Made by a program: the position numbers and the translations under genes. From Octopus vulgaris (Eukaryota), in NCBI GenBank assembly GCA_951406725.2, contig OX597833.1, positions 51,212,001 through 51,276,000 of the forward strand: a stretch of DNA of 64,000 nucleotides. Reading direction: 5' to 3'. Shown one piece after another: positions 55,221-64,000 of the stretch (position 1 is the stretch's first letter; every line of letters starts with the position of its first letter). The notes under the pieces were generated by a model. The model did not search any database and had not been told where the DNA came from. It saw only the letters and a list, made by a program, of their open reading frames with translations.

Positions 55221-56205
55221 ATATATATACATATTGACAATTGGAGGATGTTATATCCATGTTAGGGATTATATAATCCAAAAGATTCGGCTGATCAGTC
55301 TCTATCATATAAGGAGAAAGTCTCGACGACATATTAAGGATTATTACAGTAATACATATTATTGATAGTGAAAGAAAGAAAATGGAGAAATCTAGATAAA
55401 TAAATTATGTATTTGTATGATATAAAGATATTGAAATTTTTATATAATAACAATACATATAAATTATAAGTTGTAAAGCTCTAAAAGAAATGGCAGATGC
55501 GAAAAAACCTACATATATGTTTCGATCATGCCCCTGGGTGATACATAATTCTAAGCACTTAGTCATATGCTAAACATTGGTATCCTTTTCAACTATATTA
55601 GGCAGAATTTTTAAAGGATTTTACGAGCTTATAGAACAAAGGTTCACGTATTTCTTGAAAGGATGCATACAAAATACTGCTAAGTTTAAGAGGTTAGATC
55701 CTATATATAATGTTTACGCATCTGGCTAGTGAGTTATAGATATTAGTAAAGATACAATGATGTAAAATAAATTTAACGCAAGGTGAAGGAAGAAGATGAA
55801 AAGGATAAAAATGAAAAATCAATGATAAATACAAAGGAAAGAAAAATACAAATCTGAATATAAAATTTAAATAAAAGGAAAGAATAATACTCAAATATGC
55901 ACTGGAAGACTTATATAAAAAAATAGATGAAGGATAAGTATGATCGTAAAAAAATTATTATTCAACCGTTATAGATAAATTATTTCCATCGGTTTGGTAA
56001 TAAATACAGCTCAGGAAAGTAATAGATGGGCAACGTTCACCGCATTATGTGTCATATTTAAAATCAAGTGCAAACAAAAGTTTGAAAAATTGACCGTTAA
56101 GATATGTATCTTGTAAGCCTAACTTATAAACCGTTAGTCTTCAATATAAAAAATGTATATATCCAAATGTGTTTACACACTGGCATATGTATGTATGTAT
56201 GTATG

Positions 56206-56263
<58 letters not shown>

Positions 56264-56366
56264 CAGGTGGTGCTATTAAGTTAGACATGGCTTGGACCAA
56301 TCTTTGGTCGAAACATATCTAAGTTTATCTAAGTTTATATATATATATCTGTCTCTCTTTCTGCCT

Positions 56367-56429
<63 letters not shown>

Positions 56430-56433
<4 letters not shown>

Positions 56434-56630
56434 ATCCAAACAAGAAAGCACAAAAAACACAACAACGCAAGGACGTGGAACAAATATAGTATTATTGGAC
56501 GCTCAGGAAAGAAGGAACGAAGGAGGGTTTAAAGTTTCGAGCGGAGCTCTTCGTCGGAAACATAGGAGAAGGAAAGATCCAGAGAAGGGAAGACAGAAGA
56601 AAAGAAATTGCCAACGGAAGACACGAGGTC

Positions 56631-56662
<32 letters not shown>

Positions 56663-56759
56663 GTTAATCCAAACATGAAAACATGAAGAGAAAACACAAC
56701 AACGCGAGGACGTGGAACAAGTGTAGTATTATTGGACGCTCAGGAAAGAAGGAAAGAAA
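56430..56759 (-). mobile_element. Family E relics in tandem (56430-56630 and partial 56663-56759), hammerhead-like motif at 56527-56561
   Basis: Homologous to 11937-12142; separated and flanked by (TA)n. Confidence 0.72.
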
Positions 56760-57029
56760 TATACATACATGGTGTTTTGATTAGAGACACCGCCCATGTG
56801 TCCACTTAAAATATTACTATCTATATGTCTATTAGACCCACGATACATACGTGCACGAATCCACTTTCACATTGTTAGATATACATCATACACATACAAG
56901 ATTCGATGTACACATTTACTGATAAAACGGATATAACTACAGACCACATGCATACACATGTATATTTGTGTAAGTGTGAGTGTATGTGTGCATGCGCCAT
57001 GCTTGCCCGTTTAATCTACAATTTTTTTT

Positions 57030-57190
57030 TTTTCATTCTCTCTGTCTGTTTATTTTCTTTTATTCCTTTCTGTTGAAGAGCGTTGGCTCGAAACGTAAAA
57101 GACGTTTTCATTTTTCCGAGCGTCAAATTGATACACCTGCTAGTTGTTCATGCATCTGTCTTCGTCTTTCGATTTTCTATAAATTTTAAC
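57030..57190 (+). mobile_element. Family F repeat with hammerhead-like motif at 57066-57101
   Basis: CTTT-CTGTTGA-A-GAGC-GTTG-GCTC-GAAA-C-GTA-AAAG; helices I and II pair perfectly. Confidence 0.62.
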
Positions 57191-57266
<76 letters not shown>

Positions 57267-57635
57267 CACAAAACGAGTACAATGAAATTGGAGTGTGTAA
57301 TGTAAAATTGGCCGTTTAAGACGGTGTCCTTCCTCAGAGAAAAGCTGAAAGGGGGAAATATCTTTTCACTGGAAAGTGGTAAAGCCCGAAACGCTGTATT
57401 TTTTTTTTTTTTTGTCCTCACGGCAAGTTCACTGTACTTTCTTTGCTTGATTTTACACTTTGGAACCTGTTTCATCATATATTCTTGTGTATGTGTGTCA
57501 ATGTAAATATGTATGTGTGTATATATGTATTTAAATTCGATTCGAATTCATATATTAGACAAACTGAGTAAATAATATTCAGTATTCGATATTTATGAAT
57601 AAGCAACTGAATATCAAGAACTCGGTTGATTAATT

Positions 57636-57740
57636 TTTACTCTTTTACTTGTTTCAGTTAGTTGACTGTGGCCATGCTGGAGCAGCACCTTTAGTCGAGC
57701 AAATCGACCCCAGGACTTATTCTTCGTAAGCCTAGTACTC
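57636..57740 (-). mobile_element. SINE family A tail fragment (another at 54658-54740)
   Basis: Homology to the A tail. Confidence 0.8.
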
Positions 57741-58090
57741 GTCAGTGTGCGACTGTTCTACTACTCCCTATTTCGTGTTTTATATATACATAATGTACTG
57801 TATGATTAACAATAATAAATACTGTAGGATTAACAAAAGAAATACGCCATCCAGAGAGAGATTATATTCATCTAATTTACACAGAATTTAAACTAGAGCT
57901 ACCAGTGAATATATACAGCACGCCATACAAGTTTGTCCGACCGCTGTGTTTTCAGAGCAATGAGACTTATAGTATCTAGAAATTGTATCCTATGTATGTA
58001 TATATGTGTGTGTATGTATGTATGTATGTATGTATGTATGTATGTATGTATGTATGTATGCATGTATGTATGTATATATAAATAAATAAA

Positions 58091-58132
<42 letters not shown>

Positions 58133-58483
58133 AATATTGAGAGGCAAACGAAAGTAAGAATAAATTTATAAAAAAAAAAAGGATAGTATGTTGCACAATG
58201 TAGCTGAAAGCTAGAAATGGAAGTTTTTCTTCGATAAAATAAATTTTTAAGACTGTACGGGGAATATAAGCAATATTCGTGTGCAATTTGAATATCTGCA
58301 AGCAGATGCTTCGGGGCAAACTATTAGTGGAAAAATCATTTCAAAGTATTGAAGTTCTCGAGAGAACACACCATCCACGAATATACAGACGGAAAATTAT
58401 TATATACATCTATGTGTGTGTGAATTACATCTCTATCTATCTATCTATCTATTTATATATCTATTTATCTATCTATCTATGTT

Positions 58484-58544
<61 letters not shown>

Positions 58545-58578
58545 TTATGTGTGTGTGTGTGTGTGTGTGTATTTATGA

Positions 58579-58622
<44 letters not shown>

Positions 58623-58625
<3 letters not shown>

Positions 58626-58909
58626 CGTAGGAGTGCCGGTGTAGTAAGTAGCCTACTTACGAACAACATGGTTCCGGGTTCAGCCCACTGCGTGGCGCCT
58701 TGGGCAAGTGTCTTCTACTATAGCCTCGGGCCGATCAAAGCCTTGACAACTGATGCTGGTATGTTAACGTCCCCGTAACTTAGTGGTTCGGCAAAAGAGA
58801 CCGATAGAATAAGTACTAGGCTTACAGTGAATAAGTCCTGGGGTCGATTTGCTCGACTTAAGGCGGTGCTCCAGATTAGCCACAACCACAAATAAAAAAG
58901 TAAAAGAGT
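58623..58909 (+). mobile_element. SINE family A with internal deletion
   Basis: AAAGCCTTG is joined directly to ACAACTGATGCTGG, removing the middle and the microsatellite. Confidence 0.85.
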
Positions 58910-59207
58910 ATATATATATATATAGAAAGAGAGAGAGAGAGATACATACATACATATATGTTTGTATGTGTGTATATATATGTGTGTGTATCTGTGTGCA
59001 TATGTGTGTATACACACACACACACACAAACACACATACACACTTATACACAGACACTCATTATTATTATTTAGCACCCCGGGAAAATACTTAGCGTCAT
59101 TTCATCCTTATTAACTCCCTTCAAGGAGAGGGAAAACTTGTAGTAAGAACCTGAAGATCAGTTGGTTTTTGGTCCTCCCAATCTGTTTAATGGATGATAT
59201 ATATATA

Positions 59208-59576
59208 TCTCTATATATAAACGGCAGTTTGTCTGTGTGTGTTTCTGTGTGTCTGTTAGTTTGTACCCTCACCCTGACCACGGCTTTCAACCGATTCTGA
59301 TGAAACTTGACACACACATAGCCCAATGTCATAATTCAAAACTAACGCAGCGAAAATTTTGAAAAGTTCCCCCAGTTCTGAAAAAATCGATAAATTCGAC
59401 ATGGGGTCGAGAATCAGAAACACAAACCACAGACTGTCTAGGGGACGCAACTTGACCTTTTTAACTAAAAAAAAAATTTATCATCATTTTCTTACCATTT
59501 TTTGGCTATAACTCTCTAAAAATGCTTTATAGTTATTTCCCTTACAAACCCGAGCAACGCCGGGCGATACTGCTAG
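59208..59576 (+). mobile_element. Non-autonomous Helitron
   Basis: Starts A|TC and ends CTAG|T, with GC hairpin CCCGAGCAACGCCGGG (59549-59564) ending 12 nt before the 3' end; no TSD. Confidence 0.85.
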
Positions 59577-59781
59577 TATATATATATATAGACGCAAGTA
59601 TATATGTAAATATCGTGGCAGATTTCCACTCGTGACAAACTAAGACTATTTCCTAAACTCAGTAGAGTAGATCGAGAGAGAAAAGAAGAGAGAGAAAGAT
59701 AGACAGACAGACAGACAGATAGATACACATACATACATACATACATACATACATACATACATACATACATACATACATACA

Positions 59782-59998
59782 TACAAGCGGTGCTTAAAAG
59801 TTTCCAGCTAAGAGTAAAAGAAGATACAGGAGAATCAGTTAATTCTAATTCTGTTCAACGTATTTTCCTCCCAGATTCACACGCTTATTGCAGCGGTCTT
59901 TCATGTTTTTCTAAACCCGGTAAAAAAAAAACTCGGAAGGGACTCCAGCCAGTTCTTTCACATTAGCCTTAACGCCAGGTACTTTTCAGCACTCTTTC

Positions 59999-60001
<3 letters not shown>
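59782..60001. mobile_element. Mariner-type MITE, second copy
   Basis: TACAAGCGGTGCTTAAAAGTTTCCAGC...GCCAGGTACTTTTCAGCACTCTTTCGTA; interior homologous to 4185-4409. Confidence 0.65.
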
Positions 60002-60055
<54 letters not shown>

Positions 60056-60315
60056 CGTGCGTGTTTGAAATAAATTTCAGAGATGCTTTGCCTGCCGTAT
60101 GTGTGTATGTATGTATGTATGTATGTATGTATGTATGTATGTATACACACACACTTATGCATATGTGTGTGTGCGCGTGTAGAGGGGGTAAACTTCGTCT
60201 CTCCTATCTGTTTTTATCACCCCTTACTCTCTTCCCTTTCTCTTCATTCTTCCCCCTTTCTGTTTCACTCCTCTCTCTCTCTCTTCTCGCTCTCTTTCCC
60301 TCCCTCTGTTTCTGA

Positions 60316-60380
<65 letters not shown>

Positions 60381-61486
60381 ATCTATCTATCTATCAATCT
60401 ATCTATCTATCTATCTCTCTATATATATACGTATGTGTATATGTGAAAGAGACTGTGTGTTTGGATGTATGAATGTATATGTGTATGCCTAAGCGTCAGT
60501 GTGTGTGTGTGTGTGTGTTTATCTAAAATAAAGTTATCCGCACAATGATCCCCAACAACCAAATGACATTTCTTACCGCCATTGATTTGAAAACATTATA
60601 GATATTTAGCGACAAACAACAAAAGGCTATTTTTATTATTAAGAACCTTTTCACAAGTAGCAGGTGAGCCATTGTTCATGGAATCCGTTCATGCGAGAAA
60701 TCCACTTTATAACGGTTAAGTCTTACTAATTCACGACCGGTTTGTTGTGTCATTACATCCTCGCTAATTCAATTCTGCATCTCTCTTCTATTGTCTCCCT
60801 TTTATTCCATCTCCGGCGAAATCTCTTCAGTTGTAACAAAATGTTCTTACAAATATTACGGCTTAAGACTTTATATAACTACAATTATTTCTTAGCTATT
60901 TATTTGCTGTTGTTCTTTTTTCTGTATTATTTTCGTTTTTTGTGTCATTCTGCTATTCTGCTGTCTTTATAATCGTTTAGAAGCGAGGAACGATAATTAG
61001 CCATTATATATATATAGCATTGTCCGTTGTTGCTTGTATAACATCGTTCTCTCGTCTTCTTGCGGAATCTTGCTCAAATAAGTAAACTTCCCGTTGTCTT
61101 GTTGTTGTTCCTGTTGCGTACGTTAATCGGTCGAACATCATTTCTGTGTATGCTCTGTTGTTAGCCTCTCAGCTGGGTTGCCTTTCTCTTTCCCCTACCT
61201 CTCTCTCTGTCTCTCTCTTCTTCACTCTTTCTCTCTCCCTCACCCACTCCCTCTCCCTCTCCCTCTCTCTATCTCTATCTCTGTCTCTCGCTTTGTCTTC
61301 CTCTACGCGTGTGCGTGTATGTGTGCGTTGTGCATGCCATCGCCAGGTATGTGGTGTGTGTATGTATGTGTTGTGTGTGTATGTGTGTGTATGTGTGTGT
61401 TATGAGTAGTGTGAGTGTGAATAGCACGCATTCTCTGTCTTTTCTCTCTTTCTTTTTCTCCCTGTCTCTTTCTCTTTGTCTTCCTG

Positions 61487-61556
<70 letters not shown>

Positions 61557-62104
61557 TACAGACAAACCAATGAGTTAATCCCAATGCCAAAGGTTCTTTG
61601 CTTAGGGTATCCGCATCCATAACATTTGTACGTGGTTCAGTCTAAGACAAGGCCCGGATCCAAAACTCATCCGATCATCGTTCATATATATATTTTTAAC
61701 CCTCATACACAATATATGTAAATCCATCCGGTTTTTCACACTGTATGTAAGAAGCGAGAGTGTACCTTGAATGTCCCTTGTCTGTCCTTGTAATGTCCCC
61801 TCTGTGTTAAACCTGTATAGATTAATAAAGAAATACTATTAAAAAATTGGATTTTATTATCTTCAAATGTGATATGATATGAATAGAATATGTGAAAATT
61901 AAACAAATATTTCCTTGGGACCTATAGGAAAGTTTTAGAGTCACTGCTCGGCGTAGTTCTTTGACTTGCTAGAAATAGCAGCTGACACAGATATGCTACA
62001 TCTCTCAAGATTTTTCCTCTTCCCCGCTCCCTCTCTCCCTCATTCTCTCCCTCTGTCGCTCGCTCACCCACGCTTCTTTCTCTCTATCAAATCTTCTCCA
62101 CCAT

Positions 62105-62240
62105 ATTCTTTTCTACTCTAGGCACAAGGCCCGAAATTTTGGAGGAAAGGGCCAGTCGATTAGACCAACTCCAGTACGCAGCTGGTACTTAATTCATCGA
62201 CCCCGAAAGGATGAAAGGTAAAGTCGACCTCGGCGGAATC
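62105..62240 (-). mobile_element. SINE family B, 5'-truncated, tail-2 type
   Basis: Core plus tail-2; TCTTCTCCACCATATT occurs at both sides (62092-62107, 62239-62254) as a TSD. Confidence 0.85.
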
Positions 62241-62367
62241 TTCTCCACCATATTAAAAAGAAAAATGGCTGGATACATAAAGTAGTATGATCACTGACAT
62301 ACAGCAAAATGGATGTCATGGCTGGAACGGCTTCAACTTCAGTTGCTCAACTTGTACATAGCTTATC

Positions 62368-62860
62368 TACCCCAAAAGAATAAAAAGTGAAGTTGACCTC
62401 TGCGGGATTTGAAATCGGAACGTAAAGAACTGGATGAAATACCTATTTCTTTACAACCCACAAGGGTTTAAACACAGAGAAGACAAAGAAGGTCAGACAA
62501 ACGGATTAAGTCGATTATATCGACCCCAGTGCGTAACTGGTACTGATCTAATCGACCCCGAAAGGATGAAAAGTAAAGTCGACCTCGGCGGAATTAGAAC
62601 TCAGAACGTAGCGGCAGACGAAATACCCATTTCTTTACTACCCACAAGGGTCTAAACACAGAAGGGACAAACAAGGACAGACAAACGGATTAAGTCGATT
62701 ATATCGACCCCAGTGCGTAACTGGTACTTAATTTATCGAGACCTGAAAGGATGAAAGTCAAAGTCGACCTCGGTGGAATTTGAACTCAGTACGTAACGGC
62801 AGACGAAATGCGGCTACGCATTTTGCCCGGCGTGCTAAAGTTTCTGCTACCTCCCCGCCT
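62368..62860 (-). mobile_element. SINE family B dimer joined to an older diverged B-like copy
   Basis: Young units at 62440-62860; diverged core at 62368-62443 joined at GAAATACC. Confidence 0.85.
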
Positions 62861-63489
62861 TTGACGGTGAATTAATGACTTCAAGTGTTATGCAGCAACC
62901 TCAAGATGACCTTTGACTTGTTTCTTCTCAAATGGAAATAATGCCGCCGTGTTCTAAAGCAATCAGTTTTTAATTAAACATTGTTAATGCATACTTTAGT
63001 CTCTGTCAATTATTACTTCTTTGCAGTCTGTTGGTTCATTGATTGTTCATTTTATAGCAGGAGAGATTAGACTTGACAGAGGTCAATATTATTAATTTTT
63101 TTCTTTTTTTTTGTGGTAGTGGGAGAAATTTGAGTCTAATGGAAAGGTGTATTACATATAATCTTTATACATTTATTTTATTCAATTTTGTTTTTTTACT
63201 GTTTTTTCTTTGTCTCAAATGTAAAGTCCTTAATATTCTTATTCAGTTACAGAGACCTTAGTTTTCGTATATAGCTTCTATTTCGATTTGGACGAATCTC
63301 TTCAGTAGGATTTAATTAAAGATGTATTCATCATATTATGTTATATTACTTCCTTATGACAGGAGAAAATATTTTGGGAAAGAGATGGTAAGAGAAAATA
63401 TTTTAGCAAAGAGAAAAGTAAGGAAGATATATGAAGAGATTTCTCTTGGAGTTCTTATGTTTTCGACATTAGGTCATTAGTTGCGTACG

Positions 63490-63540
<51 letters not shown>

Positions 63541-64000
63541 GGAGCAGGCAAAGATAGACTGACAAAGACAGATAGAGAGAGAGACGGACGGACAGACAGA
63601 CAGAGAAGGGGAGAATAATGAGTAAACTTAATTATTTCTTCCATCTGCAAAAATTTGTTCTGGCTGTATACTTCAGCTATAATTACTTTCTGTGCTAACA
63701 TACTTTGATTTAATTAAGCAGATTCACTGTAACGCATAGTACATACTTCTTACTTGGCCAAATACACAGTATAAATTCATTTTCATGGTTCAGTTGTGTT
63801 CCCTATAACGAAGTAGACTATAAGAATAATACTTCATTTCCAGAATACAATAGATATGCCGAGCCAACGAGAAATTCTCTCCAGGACTGACAGAAACAGC
63901 AGCCAAATATCCTTTAAATCTTATTGGCTTAAGATAAGAAAGGCACTCACTGAACATTGTAGATTTTGATATACGCAGACTGGATGATTACGGCTGGAAG

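Noticed and set aside
55507-55530. Minus-strand GAAACATATATGTA resembling a hammerhead 3' half
   Set aside because: No matching CUGANGA half was found nearby.

Overview
AT-rich, extremely microsatellite-dense eukaryotic non-coding DNA, either intergenic or deep intronic. The repeat repertoire looks like an octopus/coleoid cephalopod genome; this is recognition plus inference, not proof. I find no host protein-coding exon, tRNA, rRNA or CRISPR array. Almost all ORFs in the supplied track are read-throughs of simple repeats or SINEs. The only real protein remnants are three decayed mariner transposases and a frameshifted CR1-clade LINE ORF2 fragment. The window is otherwise built from four tRNA-derived SINE families (my labels A-D), Tc1/mariner/pogo-type MITEs, two non-autonomous Helitrons, (AAT)n-tailed retroposon 3' ends, and short Penelope-like relics sitting in (TA)n tracts. 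The most notable signals are: (1) about 8-9 minimal type-I hammerhead-ribozyme motifs in at least four repeat families, some with recurrent non-canonical cores; (2) three near-perfect fold-back palindromes related to those relics; (3) evidence that SINE-B inserts at GGTA sites and so targets its own copies, building multimers; (4) a perfect 261-bp inverted duplication of unique DNA anchored on two divergent SINE heads. Coordinates were counted by eye, and the ends of degenerate repeats are approximate.
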